Shown one piece after another: positions 12,159 through 23,057 of a stretch of 64,000 nucleotides of DNA. Numbering within the stretch: position 1 is the stretch's first letter; every line of letters starts with the position of its first letter. A model generated the notes under the pieces. That model had not been told where the DNA came from. It saw only the letters and a list, made by a program, of their open reading frames with translations, and did no database searches. The stretch comes from Methanobacteriota archaeon. GTDB lineage: Archaea > Halobacteriota > Bog-38 > Methanoflorentales > Methanoflorentaceae. A program made the translations under genes and the position numbers. Location of the stretch: NCBI GenBank assembly GCA_963719035.1, contig CAVRAO010000002.1, positions 736,001 to 800,000 on the forward strand, read 5' to 3'.

Positions 12159-13103
12159 TCAGCGATGCTCCGCCGATCCTGCGAGACGTTTGCACACGAC
12201 AGTGATGTCCCGTTCATCGTTGCGGGCGTCGTCAATCGTGGTTGCGGTGTCGGTGTATTCGGTGTAGATGCACGCGATCATGCTACACAGTGGGCACCCG
12301 ATCTGGTCGCAGACCTGCGGGGCCTCTTCCGTCAGCGATCGACACGTGCCGCTGTAGGCGGTGTTGTGAAGGCGAACGCGCATCTCTTCTTCGGTGAGCG
12401 AAACGGTGACCTTGTCAGCGATTTCCAGGCCTTTGACGAGGACGTCCTGGAGCTGCTCAGCAAGCGAAGAGCGCTGCGTTTCCTCCGTTTCGCGTGCCCC
12501 TTCGCTCGCATCGACGTTCGCCGCTGCGTTGGTCCAGTCTGCCTTTAAGTCTTCACGGGTGTACCGGAACAGGTGATAGCCCAAGGGCTTGAGCAGCACC
12601 CCTTCCTGAGCGGCGTTCGGAAGGCCGATAAGAAAGGCCTTGTCATCGGCGAGATCCGCCTTTTGGGGGAGCGCGTAGTCGCGCCTGAGCGGTATGAACA
12701 CCTTAATCTCGCCGCCCGTTGCTGACGAGGGCAGATAGACCCCCTTGTTTTTGACCCTCAGATCGCGGAGGAGATCGTCCACCACGACGACGCTGCTCAG
12801 GTTGAGGTCTTCGGCGACCTTCTGGTTGATGAAGGTCTCGGTGTTGAGGAACATCGTCACCGCGCCCACGAACAGCGCGCCGACGCCGACCATCATCAAG
12901 ATGTTCGCGTTGGACGAGAGGTTATACGAGGGGTACGCGATAACGGTGACAATGGCCCCAATGACGAGGAGGATCGCTCCGGTGACGCGAAACTCGTACT
13001 TTCGCGCGAGATTCTGATTCTTCCGATAGCGCGCGTTCTCGGCTTCGAGGTCATAGATACGTTTCCGCAGCCGGTACGCGGTGGTGTCATCGGTGGTGCT
13101 CAT
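12159..13103 (-). CDS. Conserved hypothetical membrane protein with CxxxGCPLCS motif
   Basis: Two TM helices and C-terminal VCDQIGCPLCSMIAC. Probable start is ATG 13103. Confidence 0.7.
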   Translation of the reverse strand: MSTTDDTTAYRLRKRIYDLEAENARYRKNQNLARKYEFRVTGAILLVIGAIVTVIAYPSYNLSSNANILMMVGVGALFVGAVTMFLNTETFINQKVAEDLNLSSVVVVDDLLRDLRVKNKGVYLPSSATGGEIKVFIPLRRDYALPQKADLADDKAFLIGLPNAAQEGVLLKPLGYHLFRYTREDLKADWTNAAANVDASEGARETEETQRSSLAEQLQDVLVKGLEIADKVTVSLTEEEMRVRLHNTAYSGTCRSLTEEAPQVCDQIGCPLCSMIACIYTEYTDTATTIDDARNDERDITVVCKRLAGSAEHR

Positions 13104-13108
13104 CGTGC

Positions 13109-13636
13109 TCACGCTCCCGCGAAACTTCGTAACACGCTCTGGTTTCGCCTGACGACTATTAATACAATCGACAGCGCGAGGAAGATCGCACCTGAACATG
13201 ACGCCGCCTGAATCGGGTTGAGCCCGAGCGCATAGAAAAGCGCGATCCCCGGCGCCAGCGACACCGCTGCGATCACGAGGGTCAAAAGCGCCGGCCTCAC
13301 ATACGCCCTGAGCTTCGCGACGCGCGGAAGCGGCGTTATCACCGCGGTAAGAAGGAGAAGGGAAAACGCCTGGTAGAGCACAGCCGTGGCGAGGTCTGCC
13401 CCCAAGCTGATCGCACTGACTTCGGCCACCAAGAACACGTAAAGGCCAAAACGCGGGTCAGGGCGCCGCACGACGTACGCTACTACAAAGGCAACAAGGG
13501 CGATCGCGCTCGCCGCCGTGGCCGCCGAAAAATGCAATAAATCGAGGGCGACCAGTGCCGCTGCCGCTATCCCGAGGAGCACCATAGAGCCTACGTGCGA
13601 AGGCCTCCCCCGTTTTCGCTGCTCGGCTGCCGTCAT
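13109..13636 (-). CDS. Hypothetical integral membrane protein
   Basis: Several hydrophobic segments; overlaps the upstream gene's stop. Confidence 0.65.
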   Translation of the reverse strand: MTAAEQRKRGRPSHVGSMVLLGIAAAALVALDLLHFSAATAASAIALVAFVVAYVVRRPDPRFGLYVFLVAEVSAISLGADLATAVLYQAFSLLLLTAVITPLPRVAKLRAYVRPALLTLVIAAVSLAPGIALFYALGLNPIQAASCSGAIFLALSIVLIVVRRNQSVLRSFAGA

Positions 13637-15094
13637 GCGATGCGCGCCTCCTTGAGTGCGGGCTGCAACGTCTCTGGCGAGTTTGCCTCGATCACCTTCA
13701 CGCCCGCGATTTGCTCCAACTTACGGGTGCGCGCCGTGAACGCGTCATAGGCCGCATACAGGTCCTCGATCGCGAACAGCGGGTCACCCAGCTGCTCGAA
13801 CACCTTCGAAAAGAGCGCCAGGACGTAGACCTGCATCCCGCGCCTTGTCGCCACGCGAATGCCCTCCATGAGCGGACCAAGGTCATTTTCAAGATCCGAT
13901 ACGAGCACGAGGGTCGATTGGCCGTGTGCGTGCGCCAGCGCCGACGTAACGGCGCGAAAGGCCGGAGAGCGCTTGAGAGTACGCGTGTACCCCTCGCTGT
14001 AAGCGTACAGATAGGAGATCACGGAGCGGAAGCGCCTGATGTCGTCATCGATCGCGTCGTCCGCGGTCGCGGCGAACTGTTTCTTGACGCGTATCACGTC
14101 GCCCCCCGTGACGTCCAGCTTCCTCCGCGGACGTCGTGAGGGGGCGCTCGGCTCAATCTCGTTGAGCGAGCGCACGACGCTCGAGACGTGCGCCAGTGAA
14201 GAACCCGTCTCGAGACTCGTGGGGACGCCGTTGTCGTCATAGGTGGTCAGGCCGATGCGGTTGCCCTTGGCGACGGCCATCTTGACGAAGTTGCCGGCGA
14301 CGTTGACGGCGAAATCGAGCTCGGTGGCTCCGGGAGGCCCGCGCCCCATCGTCCCGCTCTGGTCGATGATGAGGTTGACGCTGGCGCCCGAACCGAGGGC
14401 GCCTTCCATCTCGGCGAAGAACTCCTTTGTCATGAGCCGTATTGAGGCGCGCCGACGCCTTCCAATGAACGTGCTTGAGCGGATCGCCCACTGCGAACGG
14501 TCGGAGGTGTGAGAGCTCGAGCCCCGCGCTCGTGCTGCGCTCCCGGTAGAGCTCTTCTATCGACGTGCTCGTGACTCCACCGGCGCCGGCGCCCTCAACG
14601 CTCACGGCGTACGGCGACTGCCTGATCGCGTACCCCGCCGTCGTGAGCTGGATCGTGTGCAAAAAGAGGCCGTTATCAACGGTGAGCGTGGCGCGTTCGA
14701 TCTCCACGTCTTCCCGGCGCGCGGTCACGAACGCGTAGCGCCACGAAAACGCGCGTCCCGGTCGCAGCGAAAGGTGCACGCGGTTAGTCCCCTCGACAAC
14801 CTCGACGCCGCCCGGCAGAACATCGGTGTAGACGCCCTCGACCGGCCTCGCCGACGCAGCGGAGACGTCGACCGTGACGCGGCCCCCGCGGCGCACCACG
14901 GTCTTGTCGACGCTGCGCGTTATGTTGAGATCAAGCGTCGAAACGAACGACTGAAACGCGAAAAAGCGCCACGTCAAATAGAGGGCAACGGCCATTCCCG
15001 CCACGGCGTAGAACCACAGATTGAGCACCGCGCCGAGCGCGACGAAGAACGCTGCAAGGGTGATAAGGAGGTACGTGAGCTGCTTTGCCTGCAT
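13633..15094 (-). CDS. DUF58 / vWA-like protein (frameshift near 14440)
   Basis: LRPFAVGDPLKHVHWKASAR, IIDQSGTM and LVLVSDLE motifs; lies directly after a MoxR ATPase. Confidence 0.8.
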
Positions 15095-15101
15095 GGGTGG
15101 A

Positions 15102-16076
15102 TCAGCGTGAGGGCCGCGTTTCCTTGAGGATGGCATCGATCACCTCGTCGATCGTGATGCCTTCGATCTCCGATTCGGGAGCGATGACGAGCCGGTGATT
15201 GAGCACGTCGGGGGCGATCGCCTTGACGTCGTCGGGGATGACGTAGTCGCGACCACGGGTCGCGGCCAGGGCTCGTGAGAGCGCGAGCAGTGCGATCGAC
15301 GCGCGCGGGCTGGCGGGCAGGAGGAGGTCCTTGTGGCGGCGCGTGCTCATCACGATGTCGCGGATGTACTCGAGGATCTTCTCGTCGACGTACACGTTCC
15401 TGACGATGTCCATCATCCGGAGGATCGCGTCACTGTCGGTGACCTGCGAGACGGCGAGTGATTCCTGCTGTTTCGTCGCAAGAATCTTGAGCTCCTCGTC
15501 GGTAGTGGGGTAGTCGAGCCGCATCCTGATGGCAAATCGATCGAGCTGCACCTCGGGAAGCGGGTAGGTGCCCTCATAGTCGACCACCGTCTGCGTGGCA
15601 AGGACCATGAACGGCTTTTCGAGGGGGAACGTGGTGCCCTCGATCGTGACATTGCGCTCTTCCATGGCTTCGAGCAGGGCGGACTGCGTGCGCGGCGTGG
15701 CGCGGTTGAGCTCATCGCACATGACGATGTTGGCAAAGATGCCCCCCTTTCTGACGTAGAACTCGCTGGTCTTCTGGTCGAACACGAAGCTTCCGGTGAT
15801 GTCAGACGGGAGCATGTCGGGGGTGAACTGCTGCCGGTTGAACGTGCAGCCCAGCGTCTGCGCGAACAGCTTCGTCGCCGTCGTCTTGGCAAGCCCCGGA
15901 TTGCCCTCAACGAGGATGTGTCCCTCGGCAAGCAGCGACAGAAACAGCATCTCGATGAGGTCGTCCTTGCCGACGATAACGCGATGGAGCTCGTCTTTGA
16001 TGTTACGCGCGGTTTCGACGACGACGTCGATATCGGGGGTGCTCTCGGTGCGATTCGCCTCATTTTCGATTGCCAT
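15102..16076 (-). CDS. moxR: MoxR family AAA+ ATPase
   Basis: GHILVEGNPGLAKT, QFTPDMLPSDITG, DELNRATPRTQSALLEAMEE, GTYPLPEVQLDRF. Confidence 0.95.
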   Translation of the reverse strand: MAIENEANRTESTPDIDVVVETARNIKDELHRVIVGKDDLIEMLFLSLLAEGHILVEGNPGLAKTTATKLFAQTLGCTFNRQQFTPDMLPSDITGSFVFDQKTSEFYVRKGGIFANIVMCDELNRATPRTQSALLEAMEERNVTIEGTTFPLEKPFMVLATQTVVDYEGTYPLPEVQLDRFAIRMRLDYPTTDEELKILATKQQESLAVSQVTDSDAILRMMDIVRNVYVDEKILEYIRDIVMSTRRHKDLLLPASPRASIALLALSRALAATRGRDYVIPDDVKAIAPDVLNHRLVIAPESEIEGITIDEVIDAILKETRPSR

Positions 16077-17132
16077 GCGTTGTCCTCCGGCGTCGTTGCA
16101 GCTGTCTTAGGATGCTCTTGATGCGCGACCGGCGCCACCTCGGATGCGCTCTGATGACGTCGGCAATCGCGGCCTCCTCGTTCACGGGTTCCGCAATCGG
16201 AGCAACGGCGGTGCGCCGTCGGCGCGCCAGCGCTGTGGCGTTTATCCCGATCACAAAGGCCGCTATAGAAAGAAGGATGATCGTGTACTTTACGTTATCG
16301 TCTGCGTTGACGCGGTCATACAGGAGGCTCCACACGGGCTGCGAGGCCCGGTGCGACTCGTCGAAAAGATCGGGACGGCGGCGTTGCCTCCCGTGAGGTT
16401 CGCGATCAAGGCGGTAAGGAGCTTCTGGTTGTCAGCCTGTCCGAGCATGCCGTTGATGAACACGCTCGGATCAGAGAGAAGGACGATGCGCCCCTTGCCG
16501 TACGCGAGCGTGGCAAGCACCGGGTGGGCGCCCGTGCTTCCGGCGATCGGCGCGTTGTCGCCGCCTGCAGCGCGCAGGTAGCTCGTTGGCGCGCTCCGCG
16601 CAAGCACGGTAACGTTGGAAGCGGCGGTGTCCAGGGTCGTCCCGTAGTTGAAGTACAGGGTTTGCACGCCCGCGGTGAGGCCAGACGCCCTAATATCCGT
16701 TACCAGCGGGTGCGCCTCGTCGACCCCCTTGCTGACGTTGTCCGACAGCAGCGAACCGTTGAAGCGCACCGCGTTCGCCACCCCCAGTCCGCTGAGGACC
16801 GCGTTGGCGTTGCCAAAATCGTTGGCGAGAACGAGTGAGCCTCCGTTTCGGACGAAGCTCTGAAGGGCGCGCGTGTCCGCGTCGGTGACCGCCACCGTCT
16901 TATTCGGGTTGAGCATGAAGAGCACCCCGCTGCCTGAGCTGCCGACCTCGCTCAGGGCGAAGAGGTCGCGGGTGCCGTAGCCCTCACCGGCGGCGAGGTC
17001 CTTCGCGTGCGACGCCCCGTTCCAGTCACCGTTGTACGTGCTGAAGTCCTCTTTAGTCGTGTTGAGCAGCGTCACGCTGATCAGGAGTGCGGCGGCGATG
17101 ACGGCCGCGATGAGAAGGTAGCCGCGCTTCAC
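16060..17132 (-). CDS. DUF4350-like membrane-anchored protein (frameshift near 16360)
   Basis: FSTYNGDWNGAS, FVRNGGSLVLANDFG, YGKGRIVLLSDPSVFINGML; C-terminal TM helix in ORF 16060..16335. Confidence 0.75.
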
Positions 17133-18898
17133 GGACGCCCCTCCGCGCTTTTGACGTGGCGATGCAGCGAGTCATACGCGCTGAGCGCCGCGTCACGCCG
17201 TGCCTGGGTGAACGATCGGCCGCCGTAGTTGGCGAGTTCGTAGGCGGTGGTCAGCTCTCGCAAGGGGGCGTTCACGTCGGGCAGCGCCGCCTTAATCGCC
17301 CAGAATTTTTCCCAGTACGTCATGTGCGCGGCGAGGCGGACACGGGTGGCCACCGACAGAGACGCCACGGCCGCATCGAACAGCGTTCGAGTGGCCGACT
17401 CGTCATCTCCTTGCGCGAACGCGTGGCGCGCTTGGTCGCGTGCGGCGTACCAATCGATGGTAGGTTCAGGCGTTGTCGTCGTCGGCGGCGTGGGTGCCAC
17501 GGGTCGCGCCGCGCGTCCGCCCATAGCGGGGGCTTCAGCGGGCGCAGATGCCGCCTCTACTACCGGCGCGCGTCTGCCGACCCTGCGACTATAGAAGAAA
17601 ATGCCAAGGAGCGCGACGAGTGTGACGACGACGATAATGCCGTAGACCGCCATCAAATCGGCGGGGACGTGCACGGCTGCGCTCTCGCTGCGATCGAGCG
17701 GCAGGCCAGTTGGATCAAAGACCGTGTACGCGGTGGCGCCGTTGAGCACAGCGGGCATGTAGAGACCGGTGGCCGGGACGGAGAACGCGTACGTGCCGTT
17801 TTGATCAGTTAGCGTCTGCGCGACGTTGGCGTCCCCTACGAAGAGAGAGCACCGTGGCGTTCGTGACGGGTCCGTTCGGCGTCTTGAGCTGACCCCGTGC
17901 CTGCAGATCGCTGCCGAGCGCGATGCTGCTCGATAAGACGCTGAGGGTGTTGGTGACCGGTGATTTGGCGACGGAGAAGTTGAGTTTCGGGCTTTGCGCG
18001 GGGTTGTACGGGACATTTACCGGCGCGTACTTGGCAAACGCGACGTGCGTTCCGGGCGCGAGCGTCCTGATAACGAACGGATACGCGTATGACCCCGTCG
18101 CGTTCGTACGCACCGTTGCCACCGTCGCGTTGTCGACGTGGATCTCAACGACGCCGTTTATGCCGCCCGTTTGGTTGTCCTGCAGACTGCCCGCGAGCAC
18201 GACGCGGTCGCCGTAGGCCGTGCTGTTCTTGTTACCCGTCAGCGTGAGAGTCGGAGTCAGGAATACGCTCGTGGTGACGTTCGCAAGGCGGCTGTCGACC
18301 TGCTTTGTATATGCGTTGAAGAGCGCCGTGCTGTTGCCATACTGGGAAAGGTCGAGTCCGTTGTTCACGGCAACGCCGTAGATGTCCGCGTTACGCCCTT
18401 CTATGGTGGTCTCGAGCCCCTTGAGCGTGGTGCTAAGCGCCTTCATCTCGAGCGCGTTCGCGATTGAGCCGTTACTGCGTGCGGCTACCGCGAGCGAGGC
18501 CCGTTTCGTTCACGTACAGGTCGTTGTAGCGTTGTGCGTCTCTTGATAAAGGTGGCGAAGTCGTCGCGTGACGCGGCCATGGCAGCCATCGACCGTGTCC
18601 TGCTGGGGGTTGTTCGCGGCGGCGTTCAAGCTGTCAATCGTGCTGTTGTACGCTGGCAAGCAGCGCGTTCGCGTTGGAGAAGTTGCGCCTGCGTCACGTT
18701 GGCGATGATGCCGTTTGAATCAGTGGCAAGCGCCGCAAAGAGCGTGAGCTGCGCAGGGAAGTCAAACCCGCCACTCGGCGCAGGACTCACCTGCGTGTGT
18801 GAGGGCACGTCTTGCGCCGCGGCAGCCCCCGTGGCGATGAGCAGAAAAATGAGACACACAGCACACGATGTTCGAGCGAGCTGTCGTTGATAGCGCAA
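17129..18898 (-). CDS. Large membrane-anchored protein with Ig-like domains and C-terminal DUF4129-like domain (frameshifted)
   Basis: ORF pieces 18626..18898, 17805..18446 and 17129..18016 give signal peptide, beta-rich domains, a TM helix and LRELTTAYELANYG. Confidence 0.6.
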
Positions 18899-19134
18899 AG
18901 ATTACCCCCAAAGTGAACACTGAACCGAGTGATCTAGCAGAAACTAGCACAAAGGAAGTATAAAAATGCTCCTTCATCCGCTCGATGGAAACAGAACCGA
19001 TCCACCGGCCAATGAGCGTGTCGAGCTCTGAACGACGGGAAAAAGAAGGTGCGCCGCCCGGCTTGGGAAGCTGCATGCGACTGACGAGACGAGGATCGCG
19101 TCCGCCGGACGTTGGGCCGCGAGTTGCCCTGAGC

Positions 19135-19422
19135 TTAGTGCAAGAACGGAAGCGCCTGTTGAACTATCAGGATCACAAAAACGATGAGGCATATAACCAT
19201 AAAGGCAACGATGTTCCTTCTCCAACCTGCCCGAAAACGTGGATCCGTGAGTTCAATTACGCCGAGGAATTCAATTACGAGGAGCACGATGAAGATCTGA
19301 ACAGTATAGACCTGAAGCACAATCAGTGCAAAGATGGTAACAAAGACCAGCGTCAATAGGGCGTACACAAAGCGCTGCTCCTGCGTCAGCTTGGTACCCA
19401 GAACTGCATCGCGGCACAACAT
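19135..19422 (-). CDS. Small hydrophobic membrane protein
   Basis: Three hydrophobic segments; start codon uncertain. Confidence 0.5.
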   Translation of the reverse strand: MLCRDAVLGTKLTQEQRFVYALLTLVFVTIFALIVLQVYTVQIFIVLLVIEFLGVIELTDPRFRAGWRRNIVAFMVICLIVFVILIVQQALPFLH

Positions 19423-19523
19423 TGACAGCGATGCTATAAAAACGTGGCCGTTTGTACAATCTCCGGAAAGCCGAAACGAATACAGAGCGCATAGTCGTTG
19501 TTCTCGCCCTGATTGGGACCGTG

Positions 19524-20398
19524 TTAGCGACCGCTTGTGACGTTTGTGACCAAGTAGGCCTCTCTATAGGGGGTTGTCATACTGTCGTCACGGTACAGCA
19601 GAAAGTCAAGCCGCTCGTTGTTGCCGGAGCGATTAGGCGTTAACGATATCGCTTTTTCAGACGTTTGACCGTCGCCAACCATCTGCCGTCCGGATACAGG
19701 GTGGTGGAGTTTTGCGTATCATTGAGGCTGACGATGAGCGTGTAGGTCACGTCGCGGTTTTCGTGATTGACGATCCCAACGACTGCTGATTGCGCCTGCC
19801 CAACTGTTAAGTTTGCAGGGTACCCCTGCATCTTGCCAGTGGGTCCTAGAAGGTAGAACTCGGTGTAGCTTTCGCGCGGAGCAGGAGTGACGAGAGAGTA
19901 GCCCAACGCTGATGCTGAGAAAATGATAGAAAGGCCGAGGATGACGAGCAAGCCGCGCTGTAACCGGTTGTAATTGCTCAGCCGGAGGCCTCTTGCCAAC
20001 GTTAAAACGGTGCCGAAGTCAAAAGAGAATCGTTCCTGCCGCGGGAGCGCGTGCCTTCGGGCGTAAGCGATGAGCACTGTTGCGATGACGACAAGAAAGA
20101 TGCCCGTCACAATTGATAGCACCGTGAGGGCCCATTGGGTAAAGTTGAGGAAGAAACGCTGTCAACGGCACGACTGCAATGCTAAGCCCAAATGAGAATC
20201 CCACGCGTTCTAAACCGGAAATGTCGGTTTTGCCCGGAAAAAGGGCAGCAACGAGGGAATAGCCAGGCACGAAGAGTAGTACAGGCGTCTCAATTACGGC
20301 GCGAATGGCGGTGCCGCTCAGTTGAGGCACTGCGCCGAACGCGAGCCCGACCAATGCTATAGCAACTGCAACTACAGATCCCCATCTGATTTAGCCAT
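19524..20398 (-). CDS. DUF1616 domain membrane protein (frameshifted)
   Basis: LFVPGYSLVAALFP, ERVGFSFGLSIAVVP, YTEFYLLGPTGKMQGYP, GIVNHE. Confidence 0.8.
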
Positions 20399-20537
20399 GG
20401 CGTCTGAGTGGTTTGCACAAAGTTGTGAGCCTCGATTCTTGTACAACGCTTCTAAACGCTTAAGTTTATGCTTCAGGTTGGTAGTCTGCTGGCCCTGTGA
20501 TGGATATGCCGCCCAAACGCGTGCCGCTTTTTTTCCT

Positions 20538-22469
20538 TCAGCGGCTTTTCAGCCAATAGTCGAGTCGATTTGCCAAATAACTATTTTCATATCCAGCGAC
20601 TAACCCGCCATCGTAAACGCGCGCTCCCAAACTAGTCGTGTTTCCCTGTGGCGGAGTGAACGTGTCATTGACCGGAATGACGCCGACGTGATAAAAGCCG
20701 TCTAGCGTGTAGTTGGTGCCAGCTGCGCCGCTAATGAGAAGCAGCGCGTTAGAGGTGCTGTGTTTCGTTTGATTCGCGGCGATTAAGTCGGCATAGTAGT
20801 AGAAGCGCGAAGCTTGGATATAGGCGGTATCGCTGATAGTGTCATTGTTGCTCTTGTGAACGGTAGTATTTATTGCCGACAGCTCCGAGCTCGTGAGCGA
20901 GTAGCGCTCCCAGGGGGGGCTGCCTAGCAGGTGGTTATCGACGTTGCCGTCGGGCTCAGAACCATGATAAGTGCCAGGAAGGCCACAGCCGCGCTTAAGA
21001 AGAGCGATTTCGCTTTCATGTTGCGCGTATATTTGGACATACCAGCAGCGTGACTCCCAGCGGCACAGCATATAGTATCTGAGATAAAAAGACCCACCTT
21101 TCCGGTACAAGAAAAGCTCCGAATGCTCTCGAAAAGCCGAGGATCGCGGGGATTACACCAACTGCTATAAAGACGAATGCGCGCGGGCTGCCGAACTTCT
21201 TCGAAATCATATAGAAACAACCGATGAGGGCGAGCGCAAGAAATGCGCATATGCCGGCTGCCCGGAGTGATAGCTCCCACAGAGGTTGACTCGGAAGATA
21301 GACGACATGAGCCGTTGAAAAAGGTGCTGAACTGCGAGTAATAAACCCAGCTTGCGATAGACTTGAACGAGCCTGATGCATACGCCCACCACCCTAACAT
21401 CGCCACAATGAAACCCGTTGCGAGGGTGAGTGAAAGTATGGTCCGCGGAGCGCGGTCGTTCAGCTTTCGGTAAAAGAGCGCGGCTATCAGGCCTGACAGA
21501 AGTATGAGTGCCATCGCCATTGCTGAGAGTGTATGGGTCAATATGAGCGTGCTAATGACAATCAAAATGACAATCAGATTGCTGCCCCTGTTTCGGCCCC
21601 AGATCGTGAAGAGCATGTATAGCGAAACAACCAAGAGGGTGGCCCCCAACGTATTAGGCACTGCTGCGAATCCGAAGTAAATGAATTCGTTTGCCACAAC
21701 AAGTAATAATCCCCCGAGCAGCCCTGGCCTGGCGTTTATCAGCGATTTTCCAAAGAGAAAAGTGAACAGCACGGCGATGATTACGAGGGAGGCTCCCACT
21801 GACAGCGTCGCGGCCCACTTGTAATCGAGGGAGGTCAGGAGCGAAGTACCGGCGACTTCGAGGTTCAACATGGGGAGAGCCCCGTATGTGCGCGTATAAA
21901 GGCCGGGATACTGGCTCACCGTCGGAATATGCGCCCAGCGAAGGATCTGCCACGTGAACTGCTCAAATCCCCAGGAATCCGGTCCCACAACGTTGGGGAA
22001 GATGACCAACTGGGAGATCTGCGAAAGAACTCCGACCGTTATTATTTGCGTCAAAGTGAGGACGGCGCTTCTCGCAGTGGCGTTATACGCTATCACCTCA
22101 AGGGCAATCGCTCCCGCCATAAGCGCGACGAAAACAAAATAAGCAAGGGGACGGACGTAGACCTCGGGTCGGAGGTGCACCGAGAGAATCGCACATCCGA
22201 AAAAAACGAAAAAGAGGACGTTTCCGAGCAGGAACAAGGTTTGATTATCCGGCGGGTTCAGGTCTTTTAGAGAGTTGTCACTCCGCACGCGTAGCCAAAC
22301 GACGTAGTACAATGAACCCGATTGAACCAAGAAAAAGATAGTAGGTGTTGTTCGCAAGTGAGGTGGGATTGCTAAGTGCAATCACGCCTGCAACAACATC
22401 TGCTGCGGAGAGCACTGCACCAGCTAAAGCGAGAAGCCGATCATTTCCGCCTGTGTTACGCAGTTTCAT
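20538..22469 (-). CDS. Large polytopic membrane protein, GT-C/polymerase-like (frameshifted)
   Basis: Many TM segments with GPDSW and LTHTLS motifs; split over several ORFs. Confidence 0.55.
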
Positions 22470-23057
22470 CGTTGGGCTTCCTCACCTTTGCTTACGCTTC
22501 ATAGATTTCGCGCGAATGCGCGTCGCGAAGGTTATAGCGGGCGCGGGGCTCTCATCCACGCCTGTAGGGTTCGTCATTCGCTATGAATCTTCAACTACTT
22601 AACGCTTCACACCTTCCCCCCGCATCGAACGTGTGCTTCGCCTGCAAAAGCTTTCTTCTTAAGCGTTTATACTAATCGAAGCAGCACATAACTGGTTTTG
22701 TCGCCGACTACATAGTGAGCTACTTTTAGCGTTGAATCGATGCTACGCACCGCCCCGCCCGCTGCCTAAGACGATTAATATCTGCTTTAAGCGAATTCAA
22801 CTGCGGCGATAAGGTCACACATTTTGACGGATTTCCAACCGATTTCGCTCTAGGCGACCGTCCGACCCGCTATAACTTCGTGCAATTTCTTTTCTTCGTG
22901 GTGGAGCTTTAGAGATCGGGTTGATGGGCTTCTTCGCCTAGTATCGTTCGGCGAAGCAAATTGATGCAACGCCGATAAAGCTGCCTGTGGGTAAATCAGC
23001 AAATCGTGCCAAAAAAAACGTAGAGGGATCCGCAACGCGTTTCAAGCAGGAAGACGC

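Noticed and set aside
12165-18890. Many plus-strand ORFs overlapping the MoxR operon, and minus-strand ORFs over the insert
   Set aside because: These are shadow ORFs expected in GC-rich coding DNA; they carry no motifs.
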